From: a virus
Lineage: Duplodnaviria; Caudoviricetes
Length of the DNA: 48,244 nucleotides
Reading direction: 5' to 3' (one strand)
IMG/VR virus record: IMGVR_UViG_3300036802_000026
Coordinates: 1 to 48,244 of that record
Of the stretch, positions 27,824 through 35,359 are shown one piece after another (within the stretch, counting starts at the first letter, position 1; each line of letters starts with the position of its first letter). Below the pieces are notes generated by a model. It was not told the DNA's origin. It ran no database searches and saw only the letters and a list, made by a program, of their open reading frames with translations. A program made the translations under genes and the position numbers.

Positions 27824-28361
27824 GGGGCGACTCCAGCTTTATGTTTGGGATTTTGCCAGCGGCGATATAGTCGTAAATTAGCTCAACCTCAGCACGTCCA
27901 GCGTGGTGCATCCACCCCATAATTAAATCTACGCATTCATCACGCTTACGATTTGCTTCGGTGCGGATGGGTCTGAAATTATGCGAATCGATTTCATTCA
28001 CAGTAAACGTGATCCGATGGTCATAATTCCATGCGAAGGCGAATCCATCATAATGACTAACCACTACTACCGGATACCAAGACATCCCATCAAACGCCTC
28101 GCACTCACACCCAACTGGCGGCAGGCCTTCGCTATTCCAAACCGCATCAGGTTTGGACGCCAGGCTTTCGAATTGCTGGTTGGCGTTATCGGTTTCAGTG
28201 GATTTTAATCGCTTGCGAGAATCATTTTCAGCATCTCGCCATCCTCTGCACCACTCAAGGCGGGCCGGAATTCCAATAGGGTGAGATGAGCTTTCGTATG
28301 GCAGTCCGGTTTGATGAGATGAGTAACCCTGATAATAATATTGCGTTTCGTTAAACTTCAT
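27816..28361 (-). CDS. Hypothetical protein with Rmf/CrpP-like N-terminus
   Basis: AGGAG RBS before 28361; GY....G...R..W..GWR.A motif followed by a WNSEGLPPVGCECE domain. Confidence 0.7.
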   Translation of the reverse strand: MKFNETQYYYQGYSSHQTGLPYESSSHPIGIPARLEWCRGWRDAENDSRKRLKSTETDNANQQFESLASKPDAVWNSEGLPPVGCECEAFDGMSWYPVVVVSHYDGFAFAWNYDHRITFTVNEIDSHNFRPIRTEANRKRDECVDLIMGWMHHAGRAEVELIYDYIAAGKIPNIKLESPHE

Positions 28362-28375
28362 GGTGTTCTCCTGAT

Positions 28376-28400
28376 AAAAGAAACCCGCCGAAGCGGGCAT
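28376..28400 (-). terminator. Intrinsic terminator
   Basis: CCCGC-TTCG-GCGGG followed by TTTCTTTT on the minus strand. Confidence 0.75.
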
Positions 28401-28404
28401 GTGA

Positions 28405-28743
28405 TTATGCTGCGTGACGCTGCGAACGATAGTAGCCGCGCTTTATCAGCCGGTTAACCTTTCCGACTGCGCCGGGCGCTGCTGCAACTTCAGGTTCAAC
28501 ATTGATACGCTTCACGCGCCGCGGCCTTCGCTCTGACCAGTAACCCAGCTCAATCAGCTCATAGCGATCGCGAAATTGAAGCACTACCGGAACGCTTGGC
28601 AGAGGTGCGGTGATTTCATGCCAGTGCGGATCGGCCTGAACTTCAGGTGCTGGGACAACTTCCGGCTCCGGATGCTGCAACTGCTCGTTGCGGTCAACGC
28701 CAGGGCGGCGCTTAACCAATCTTCTGATTAGATCCAAAAACAT
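28405..28743 (-). CDS. Basic, Arg/Pro-rich hypothetical protein
   Basis: GGAGG RBS; ORF in operon. Confidence 0.65.
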   Translation of the reverse strand: MFLDLIRRLVKRRPGVDRNEQLQHPEPEVVPAPEVQADPHWHEITAPLPSVPVVLQFRDRYELIELGYWSERRPRRVKRINVEPEVAAAPGAVGKVNRLIKRGYYRSQRHAA

Positions 28744-29191
28744 GGTTACCCTCCACAGCCAGGCGGCGAATGATTTCAGTGACAGTTGGAAGGTAGGGCG
28801 CCTGAATAACTCGCCGCCATTCGCGACCAGACGTCTCAGTGTCCTTCTTCATCACCTTTTTGATGTCAGATAATGGCATTCCGATCATCTCCGCCATTGC
28901 TTCGACTTCAATGCCATGCATATGAAGTTGGAATATGCCACGCATAATCGTATGTGAATACTTGCGGCGCTTACCGATCACACAATCTTTCGGAGCACTC
29001 TGAATGGCCTCTTCCGGCGTGCCCGTATATTCTGGCTTCGGTCGTGGAGCAAAAGGTTTTCTCAGGTTCGCTCTGGCCCGCATATCCCACAATATGCACT
29101 TCAGATGATTGCACTTGTCGTCAGGGACGATGGCGAGAGTATTCACCTCCGTATCCCCGCGTTCTGATTCAAACGTGTCATGCTCACTCAT
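28712..29191 (-). CDS. Putative helix-turn-helix protein
   Basis: IFQLHMHGIEVEAMAEMIGMPLSDIKKV resembles an HTH. Confidence 0.6.
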   Translation of the reverse strand: MSEHDTFESERGDTEVNTLAIVPDDKCNHLKCILWDMRARANLRKPFAPRPKPEYTGTPEEAIQSAPKDCVIGKRRKYSHTIMRGIFQLHMHGIEVEAMAEMIGMPLSDIKKVMKKDTETSGREWRRVIQAPYLPTVTEIIRRLAVEGNHVFGSNQKIG

Positions 29192-29261
29192 GCTGCTTTC
29201 TCCTCGAGCTTACGCGCATTTTCCCAGTCTTTAACGATACCCAGGCACTTGGCCCGGACCT

Positions 29262-30386
29262 TCATGGTGTAGCCTTGCCAAAACCGCTCACGCGCGCTTC
29301 CAGCTCTTCAGGTGTACGATGCGCCACATCAAACAGGTTATGCATCCCAGCAGCTACCAGCGCATCCTGATGCTTGGATTCCAGCGGCAACTCTGTCACG
29401 TCAACGCCGGTCGCCCACTCATAACGCGCCACGACATCCGGGTGCGTTGGCTGCAGCATTTCTAAAATCTTCGCCTGGATGTCTTCTGTCAGGCCTGCTG
29501 GCCACGCTTTCTCAAAGCCAGTCACTGTCGGGAATACCGGCGCGCCGTACTCATCGATGCTGACCAGCATGCAGATCCCTGAGTTCGTCCTCACCTCCAT
29601 GTGGAAGTCCAGCCCACGCATCAGCGTGCAATCAGGATTAACGGCGCGCGTATCCAGACCCCAGCCAAACGTGTTCACATAGAACAGGTCATGGCCGTTC
29701 GGTGATTCGTAATACTTCGGCGACACGGTTCCGCTTATGCGGTCCAGCTTATTCTTCAGGTATTCGGTATGCTCAGTCATTTCGCTGACTGCCTGAACCA
29801 TTGCGGCGTTCTTGGATTTCAGACTGGCGTTTTCAGTGCGCAGCTTCACAGCTTCGGTGCGGCCGGCGTTCACGTCCTGCTGCTTTTCTGCCAGCTTCTT
29901 CTTTGCTTCTGCCAGCCGAGACTTCAGCTTTTCCGGCTCCAGATCCTTAAGGCGTTTAAGCTCTTTCGCCAGCTCACGATTTACGCCATCGCTCTGCTGT
30001 GCATTCAGCTTGATGCGAGCGTTGAGGTTATCGATGGTGCCTTTAAGCTCTGTGTTATAAGACAAAGCCTCATCACGCTGCAATTCAGCTTCTGCAATCC
30101 TGCTAAGCGCCTCATCGCGTGCCGAAGTCAGTAAAGCGCCAGCTGTAGCCAGATCGGCAATGCGCTTCTGCATGCCTTCAACAGACTCAACCAGAGCGTC
30201 CTGCTCATCCATCTCAAGGTTGTACTGCTCATCAATCGCCTGCAGCAGGTTGGTCAGCAGCGCGTGCGCCGAAGACACAGATGCCAGAACGCTGCCTGAC
30301 GCGATGGATTCTGCCAGTTCGATCTGGGCATAAACTGGCTTGCTGAATGTATTGATCACATCCACTACGGTTTTCTTTTCGTTCAT
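29262..30386 (-). CDS. Coiled-coil protein with C-terminal helix-hairpin-helix (alpha-CTD/Rad51-N-like) domain, apparently frameshifted near its end
   Basis: Long heptad region; LVAAGMHNLFDVAHRTPEELEARVSGFGKAT; plausible continuation in another frame to 29188. Confidence 0.75.
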   Translation of the reverse strand: MNEKKTVVDVINTFSKPVYAQIELAESIASGSVLASVSSAHALLTNLLQAIDEQYNLEMDEQDALVESVEGMQKRIADLATAGALLTSARDEALSRIAEAELQRDEALSYNTELKGTIDNLNARIKLNAQQSDGVNRELAKELKRLKDLEPEKLKSRLAEAKKKLAEKQQDVNAGRTEAVKLRTENASLKSKNAAMVQAVSEMTEHTEYLKNKLDRISGTVSPKYYESPNGHDLFYVNTFGWGLDTRAVNPDCTLMRGLDFHMEVRTNSGICMLVSIDEYGAPVFPTVTGFEKAWPAGLTEDIQAKILEMLQPTHPDVVARYEWATGVDVTELPLESKHQDALVAAGMHNLFDVAHRTPEELEARVSGFGKATP

Positions 30387-30423
30387 ATTGATTTCCTGAA
30401 AGGGGCGCTGCGGCCCCTGATAA

Positions 30424-30918
30424 TTATCGAATGCTTAGTGTCGGATTTCCCGGCTCAACAGTGACGCCTTCTGGAACGTTCCCGGCATCCACTGCTTTCT
30501 TTATTTTGTCTGTATCTGCTTTAACTGATACTTCGGGGATCTGATACTCCTCTGGCAGTTTACTGACTTCCGGGACGATGATTTTTGATGCGCCCGACTT
30601 TACAGATACCGTATGATAAACAGTCTTAATGGACTTTCTTTCTGCTGCCTGAATACACATCAAAAGATACTTTCTCAGCCCTTCAGTTTTGTTTTCCCAC
30701 ATCTTTTGCCGCTGCTGATATTGCTGCACGCGAGATTTGCATGCTGTTGATTTATCTTTAGCCTGCTCAATCAGATCGCAAATCGCATCGACTTTATCAG
30801 TCAATTCCATCTCCAGCGCTTCCATGGTGTCAGCGATATCTTCCTGGGACATTTCGTCTCGATCAACCAAGTCCTGAAGCTTTGACATCGCTACGGCAGT
30901 ATCAAGAGTTTTCGCCAT
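30424..30918 (-). CDS. Siphovirus Gp157-family protein
   Basis: IADTMEALEMELTDKVDAI...LPEEY...DKIKKA...VPEGV...LSIR pattern; adjacent to the SSAP gene. Confidence 0.85.
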   Translation of the reverse strand: MAKTLDTAVAMSKLQDLVDRDEMSQEDIADTMEALEMELTDKVDAICDLIEQAKDKSTACKSRVQQYQQRQKMWENKTEGLRKYLLMCIQAAERKSIKTVYHTVSVKSGASKIIVPEVSKLPEEYQIPEVSVKADTDKIKKAVDAGNVPEGVTVEPGNPTLSIR

Positions 30919-31726
30919 CAGCCTTCACCTTTTTCATTTCCACTAATTCAGCCAGCCGCTTATCTGCAACATTTTGCATTCTCGCGGAGACAGCATTCAG
31001 CATTCCCGACTTCTCCTGGTCGCCACCGAAAACGCGCAGATTTGTAGTGATGGAGAGAAGAATGGTTCTAAGCAGTGAGTTAACTTCCGTTTTAGTGCCT
31101 GCCGCTGCCAGTGTATCGGCATTGCGTTTGAGTTTTTCCATGAACTCATCAAACACTTTTTGCTTATCTTCGATTGCGCTGATCTCACTTTTTGCAGAGA
31201 ACTCTGCTCGAGCCTCATCCACGTACGCGCCAATGTCATACATTCCCAGGAAGATATCAGCCGAGAAGCCAAGGCCAGATAGCGCCTTTTTCATTGCGTC
31301 AGTCAGAGACTTTTTGGGTGCTTCACCATCGGTGGAAAGCCCATATTTATTTTTTGTGATATATGGCGTGCAGCCATACGCCTCAATTTCTCCGCGCTGA
31401 CCATCCTGGATAAACCAAAGTGTGATCCTTACTGTGTGGTTAACCTCACACACGACACCACCAGACCCATCAGGTATAACCTGATTCACTTCAACACCAG
31501 CAGAATCTTTAACTTTCTGCATTATCGGAGCGCCTTTATCGAAACGCTCTTCAACTACCTTTACCCCCCATCCGATTCCTTTCGGACCAAAAATTTCAGT
31601 GGCGCGCATCTCGGTGTAAGTGCCGTTGATTGCCGTGCCACCGCCGTTTTGGGTAAAAGCCTTTGTGTAAGTCGGGTCTGTTTTTTCCACCGACTTCCAG
31701 ATACTCAGGTTGTTTTTATCAGTCAC
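30902..31726 (-). CDS. Putative single-strand annealing protein (Rad52-like superfamily)
   Basis: ATEIFGPKGIGWG and KKSLTDAMKKALSGLGFSADIF motifs; recombination-module context. Confidence 0.7.
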   Translation of the reverse strand: MTDKNNLSIWKSVEKTDPTYTKAFTQNGGGTAINGTYTEMRATEIFGPKGIGWGVKVVEERFDKGAPIMQKVKDSAGVEVNQVIPDGSGGVVCEVNHTVRITLWFIQDGQRGEIEAYGCTPYITKNKYGLSTDGEAPKKSLTDAMKKALSGLGFSADIFLGMYDIGAYVDEARAEFSAKSEISAIEDKQKVFDEFMEKLKRNADTLAAAGTKTEVNSLLRTILLSITTNLRVFGGDQEKSGMLNAVSARMQNVADKRLAELVEMKKVKADGENS

Positions 31727-32018
31727 CTTGCGTGCCCTCTACATTCTGATTGTCAATTTCGATTGCATATTCACGCTTCGCCGTCAGGAGCGCCACGTCA
31801 CGCAGCAACTCATCCAGGCGGATCTGAATATCACTGCTGGCCAGCACAGCTTCAACGTTGCAGCCGTCAAAGTAACCCTGCAGAGTGGTGGCAATTACCA
31901 CCTCAACGGCCGACTGCTTACGTGGGTCGAATGCCTGCTCAACCATCTGAGCGATGTGCTCGTTGTCGGCATCATTAAACCGGCTGATGATGGTTTCGAT
32001 TCGCTGATCGCGTTTCAT
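31719..32018 (-). CDS. Hypothetical protein
   Basis: AGGAG RBS; upstream of the SSAP gene. Confidence 0.7.
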   Translation of the reverse strand: MKRDQRIETIISRFNDADNEHIAQMVEQAFDPRKQSAVEVVIATTLQGYFDGCNVEAVLASSDIQIRLDELLRDVALLTAKREYAIEIDNQNVEGTQGD

Positions 32019-32082
32019 GTTCGTCTCCTGTTAGCAATTAATCAGACGCCATCGCAATGACGCCTTGTTAATGGCTAAGACT

Positions 32083-32499
32083 TTACTCAGTGGGCATTGG
32101 AGGTAGAGGATGCCAGTGTGTAACTTTCTGCCCGCCACCTTCTATGCTGCGGCCGCGGTCATACTGCCATTCACGAACGCGTCTATCGCTCGGCGCGCAT
32201 GGGTCATATTCGACATACTGCGCAATACAGCTCTGCGGACCTACCGGCGACTCATATCGCACATAAACACGCTGGCTTAGGTTGGGCATCTGCTCATGGA
32301 CACCTACCCACTCGCTGAAGGAGGATAGTTTCGCTGCCTGATAAATTAGCTCCTGCACTTCAAGTTCAAACTCGGCTATAGTTTCACTTTCGCTTATCTT
32401 GGGCCCGCAAAGGCGCACGCCATGATGACCGCTAGAAATAAGCAGCGAGTGAGCGCCGCGGTCATTTTCCATTACTTCTATCAGAACCTTGCTGCTCAT
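32083..32499 (-). CDS. Protein with C-terminal DUF551 domain
   Basis: EWVGVHEQMP...KVTHWHPLPPMP. Confidence 0.78.
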   Translation of the reverse strand: MSSKVLIEVMENDRGAHSLLISSGHHGVRLCGPKISESETIAEFELEVQELIYQAAKLSSFSEWVGVHEQMPNLSQRVYVRYESPVGPQSCIAQYVEYDPCAPSDRRVREWQYDRGRSIEGGGQKVTHWHPLPPMPTE

Positions 32500-32551
32500 T
32501 CTCTTCTCCTGTTATTTTCGCTAAGCCGTCTGAGTAGGCGGCTTTACGGTG

Positions 32552-32774
32552 TCACTCAGTCGGTGCTGGATATGAGCACCATTGCTTTATCTTCACTTCA
32601 GACTCATCAATGCCTGCAATCTGAAAAACCCACTTCCATCCTCCTGTCGGGATGCCCCCCAGCACCAAACCACAAAGCCCACCATGCAATCAGAACACCC
32701 TCTCCGTTAAGGTCATTCACCAAAACCTGCTGCTGTGCTTCAGGCAGGCTTTCACTGCAATTAATCCACTCCAT
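32552..32774 (-). pseudogene. DUF551-family gene frameshifted in a G6 run
   Basis: Starts MEWINCSESLP with AGGAG RBS; 223 nt; removing one G at 32655-32660 restores a 73-aa protein ending KIKQWCSYPAPTE. Confidence 0.7.
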
Positions 32775-32793
32775 CCTCTTCTCCTGTCAGTGG

Positions 32794-33108
32794 TTACTGG
32801 ACCAGCGCCTTACTAATCGCGGCTTTCGCTTTATCGTATGGGCAGGTACATGTGAAACCGCTATGACCGCATGATTTATTGCCACCGGATTGCTCTGCCA
32901 TTACAAGCTGAAGTGCCTCAAGAAGCTCAGGTGCTGCGGCGATGAGATTGGCGTTTAATTGGTGGTGACCTGGCTCGCCGTCAAACTCAACCCATGCAAC
33001 CGGAAGAATCATTCCATATGACTGGTCGTCGTCTCTGATAACCGGACCTATGCTTCTGTCGATCTTCGAAGCAACCCATGGCCCGCGCGTTCCCTTAAAA
33101 TTTTCCAT
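32794..33108 (-). CDS. Hypothetical phage protein
   Basis: FKGTRGPW...NANLIAAAPELLEAL...AKAAISKAL, a widespread phage family. Confidence 0.8.
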   Translation of the reverse strand: MENFKGTRGPWVASKIDRSIGPVIRDDDQSYGMILPVAWVEFDGEPGHHQLNANLIAAAPELLEALQLVMAEQSGGNKSCGHSGFTCTCPYDKAKAAISKALVQ

Positions 33109-33109
33109 C

Positions 33110-33190
33110 TCAACCTCCTGCTATAAACCCCAGCCCCATCAACACACCAATAACCAGCCACCCGAATATGTAGTTACCAGTGCTTATCAT
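33110..33190 (-). CDS. 26-aa membrane peptide, not in ORF track
   Basis: MISTGNYIFGWLVIGVLMGLGFIAGG; GGAGG RBS. Confidence 0.6.
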   Translation of the reverse strand: MISTGNYIFGWLVIGVLMGLGFIAGG

Positions 33191-33206
33191 GTAGCCTCCA
33201 GATATG

Positions 33207-33228
33207 AAAAAGGCCGCCTAAGCGACCT
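33207..33228 (-). terminator. Intrinsic terminator (same stem as at 7863)
   Basis: AGGTCGC-TTAG-GCGGCCT-TTTT on the minus strand. Confidence 0.75.
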
Positions 33229-33670
33229 GTATGAACTCTGCATTATCTTCCGGCCTGAACCGCTTGGGGCAATCGCCTGCCGTCCACAGGTTGTTGGTCT
33301 GCCACTCTTTCGAGCCGTCAAGCATCTTGATTGTGAATTTTCGTCCGCCAAATCCAAGGTATTTGCTTTCTTCCTTGGGTGAATTTCCTCCATCCCGGTA
33401 GAAAGCGCCTTTAATAACAAGCATCCCTTTCACAGTTAATTTTTCTTTCCAGAAGTTGCAGCTGAAACATAACTGTTCCTTAATCAGCTTTTCCTTATGG
33501 TAATAAGTTGCGAACTCGGGCATCCCGCACAACTTGCAAAGGTGGAAGTTGTCACCATCGTTGAGCTTCTTAGCGAAGTATTTTTCGTTACGCTTGAAAT
33601 CCTGAATGCTGCTCCAGCAATCAGGGTCATCTTTGTTTGCTTCGCACCAGTCTTCTATGACATTGCCCAT
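33218..33670 (-). CDS. Hypothetical Zn-binding protein
   Basis: CKLC and CFSC pairs; GAGGT RBS. Confidence 0.75.
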   Translation of the reverse strand: MGNVIEDWCEANKDDPDCWSSIQDFKRNEKYFAKKLNDGDNFHLCKLCGMPEFATYYHKEKLIKEQLCFSCNFWKEKLTVKGMLVIKGAFYRDGGNSPKEESKYLGFGGRKFTIKMLDGSKEWQTNNLWTAGDCPKRFRPEDNAEFIQVA

Positions 33671-33727
33671 ATCTACCTCGCCGTTACGATGTCTTTTGAG
33701 TTGCGATAGCCAAACGGCCGTCGCGCT

Positions 33728-33886
33728 TTATTTTGGATTACAACGAAGCTGCAACAGGAACTCATAATTCACTGTGCGCTTTTCGGTGCCGCAGGTAATG
33801 CGCCAGAGGTACTGGCAGGCCAGTCGCGTTACCGTCCACTGCTTGCCGCCGAAATTAACTGTCGTCATGCTGATTGCCTGGCTCAT
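33728..33886 (-). CDS. 52-aa hypothetical protein, not in ORF track
   Basis: MSQAISMTTVNFGGKQWTVTRLACQYLWRITC...; ATGA-coupled to the upstream peptide. Confidence 0.6.
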   Translation of the reverse strand: MSQAISMTTVNFGGKQWTVTRLACQYLWRITCGTEKRTVNYEFLLQLRCNPK

Positions 33887-34017
33887 TGCTCACCCCATGA
33901 TTTACCAGTTGAGCAAAGTGCAGCAGTTAGCAAACCTGCAGCAGCACCCAGCCATGCTGCAATAGTGGCTACGATAATCATGCTCAGCCATGGGTTAGCC
34001 TGAATAATCTCTGTCAT
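33883..34017 (-). CDS. 44-aa membrane peptide, not in ORF track
   Basis: MTEIIQANPWLSMIIVATIAAWLGAAAGLLTAALC...; AAGGA RBS. Confidence 0.6.
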   Translation of the reverse strand: MTEIIQANPWLSMIIVATIAAWLGAAAGLLTAALCSTGKSWGEQ

Positions 34018-34026
34018 GTGATTTCC

Positions 34027-34332
34027 TTAAATTGATTCGCAGTAGAAAAAGTTTTCTTCGTGAACCAGAAGTCCGGATAGCGCTGAGTCGCCGCGCACGA
34101 AAATCCATCCATCGCTGTACTCACTGCCGGTGATGTCGTACTGGCTGCCGTCAGGATGTTCGCCGGTACCGGTGGCAGGTGCCACATACTGATGCTGCTT
34201 TCCATCTACCGTGATGGTATTGAAGCCAACGGTAACCATCGGTCCGCCGTCGCAGTTGTAGTGCACATCGGTGATGCTAGCCTGCGCAGTTCCGCACAGC
34301 AGCAGTGCGGCGATAAGTAATTTTAGTTTCAT
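34027..34332 (-). CDS. Secreted/periplasmic protein with MliC/PliC-like pattern
   Basis: Signal peptide ending AQA; YNC...GSEYSDGWIFVRGDSA...YC. Confidence 0.7.
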   Translation of the reverse strand: MKLKLLIAALLLCGTAQASITDVHYNCDGGPMVTVGFNTITVDGKQHQYVAPATGTGEHPDGSQYDITGSEYSDGWIFVRGDSALSGLLVHEENFFYCESI

Positions 34333-34628
34333 GCTACCTTCCTGATGAGGTCTTTAGCCTCTCTGATGTGTGATGCCGGAACCATCATTCGGTGCCAGCG
34401 TTGGCTGTAAATCTCGTAGTAGTAGGCCACCTCATCCAGAATCATATAGGTCACCATGGCAAGGGATGATTCCAGCTGGAAGAACTCAACGCCAGGCATC
34501 GGGAAGAAGTTTGAAGGATACGCCACAGACTCAAGCGCCAGATCCTCAACGTTGTGCCGAAGCAGCGCGCACTGGTCGGCAGACACGCTGCCTTCAATGC
34601 TGAATGGCTTCATATTTACTGGCTTCAT
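34329..34628 (-). CDS. Hypothetical protein
   Basis: GAGGTG RBS before MKPVNMK; ATGA coupling downstream. Confidence 0.65.
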   Translation of the reverse strand: MKPVNMKPFSIEGSVSADQCALLRHNVEDLALESVAYPSNFFPMPGVEFFQLESSLAMVTYMILDEVAYYYEIYSQRWHRMMVPASHIREAKDLIRKVA

Positions 34629-34639
34629 TTCACACCTCA

Positions 34640-34750
34640 TCAGCTGATGGCGTAGATAACGTTGACGATACCAGCCGCAATCACCGGCGCCGCGTAAAGA
34701 GTGCAGACAAAAATGCTCACGCCTGCTGTCATATAGGTCAGTAATTTCAT
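34640..34750 (-). CDS. 36-aa hydrophobic peptide, first ORF of the left operon, not in ORF track
   Basis: MKLLTYMTAGVSIFVCTLYAAPVIAAGIVNVIYAIS; GAGGG RBS. Confidence 0.55.
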   Translation of the reverse strand: MKLLTYMTAGVSIFVCTLYAAPVIAAGIVNVIYAIS

Positions 34751-34923
34751 TTTAAAACCCTCTGTTAATTGATGCATGGCTCTCGTAAAAGCCATCTATC
34801 AATCGCCATCCCGATGCTGTCCGCCGCGATTCCGGGCTGCTTCATCTCCGTAAAGATACTTCGCAGGTGCCGGGCGCTGAGTTAGTGAGCTTTCTCACCA
34901 GTGCCAGGATGGCTGATTCATAT

Positions 34924-34935
34924 TGTTAAAGAGCG
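34924..34935 (-). promoter_or_regulatory. boxA antitermination element (NusB/NusE site)
   Basis: CGCTCTTTAACA on the minus strand, about 30 nt downstream of the pL-like promoter. Confidence 0.85.
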
Positions 34936-34966
34936 ATGATTCTGTACTGCGTCTTGCTTGAGACGA

Positions 34967-34996
34967 ACTATAATATTTGCGAGGTAACTATGTCAA
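34967..34996 (-). promoter_or_regulatory. pL-like early leftward promoter
   Basis: TTGACA-N18-TATAGT. Confidence 0.75.
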
Positions 34997-35046
34997 CACC
35001 AAATGTGGAAATAATTTACTTTTTATCGCATTTGGAAAAGTTGCTA

Positions 35047-35075
35047 TTGTTAACATGATTAAATTGCTCTACCAT
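35047..35075 (+). promoter_or_regulatory. pR-like early rightward promoter
   Basis: TTGTTA-N17-TACCAT upstream of the cro-like gene. Confidence 0.55.
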
Positions 35076-35103
35076 TGGTCTCAGTCAACGAAAGGGGGAT
35101 GGT

Positions 35104-35295
35104 ATGAAGAAGCAGGAAGCCATCGAGATGGCGGGCGGTGTAGGTAAACTCGCTGAAGTATTAGAAGTAACTCGTCATGCCGTTATGAAGTGGGATGATG
35201 AGTTACCAAAAGCAAGATACTTTCAGTTGAGAGGGTTAGTAGCAGAGAAGCAATGGAAGCCTGTTAACGGTGCTAAGTTCCCAGGCTTCAGATAA
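35104..35295 (+). CDS. cro: Cro-like transcriptional regulator
   Basis: MKKQEAIEMAGGVGKLAEVLEVTRHAVMKW...P..R..QL (N15 Cro/YdaS-like pattern); first gene after pR. Confidence 0.8.
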   Translation: MKKQEAIEMAGGVGKLAEVLEVTRHAVMKWDDELPKARYFQLRGLVAEKQWKPVNGAKFPGFR

Positions 35296-35296
35296 T

Positions 35297-35350
35297 AAAA
35301 AAGCCCGTCCGGCAAGACAGGCTTTATGGCACAACACAAAATGAGTTCAC
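35297..35350 (-). ncRNA. Predicted ~55-nt antisense RNA (OOP-like)
   Basis: Minus-strand promoter TTGAAC-N17-CATGAT (35385-35357) with extended -10, and terminator GCCTGTC-TTGCCG-GACGGGC-TTTTTT. Confidence 0.55.
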
Positions 35351-35359
35351 GAGGTAATC

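Noticed and set aside
28405-28743. N-like antiterminator because of Arg-rich patches
   Set aside because: Far from pL, lacks the N-terminal helical arginine-rich motif, and no clear boxB accompanies boxA
30882-32060. Long opposite-strand ORFs here and elsewhere in the ORF track (for example 40632-41168, 36329-36820)
   Set aside because: Shadow ORFs antisense to well-supported genes, without RBS or recognisable motifs
34950-34965. boxB hairpin (CGTCT-N6-AGACG) upstream of boxA
   Set aside because: It overlaps the predicted pL start site, so it would be only partly transcribed; more plausibly a DNA site or chance
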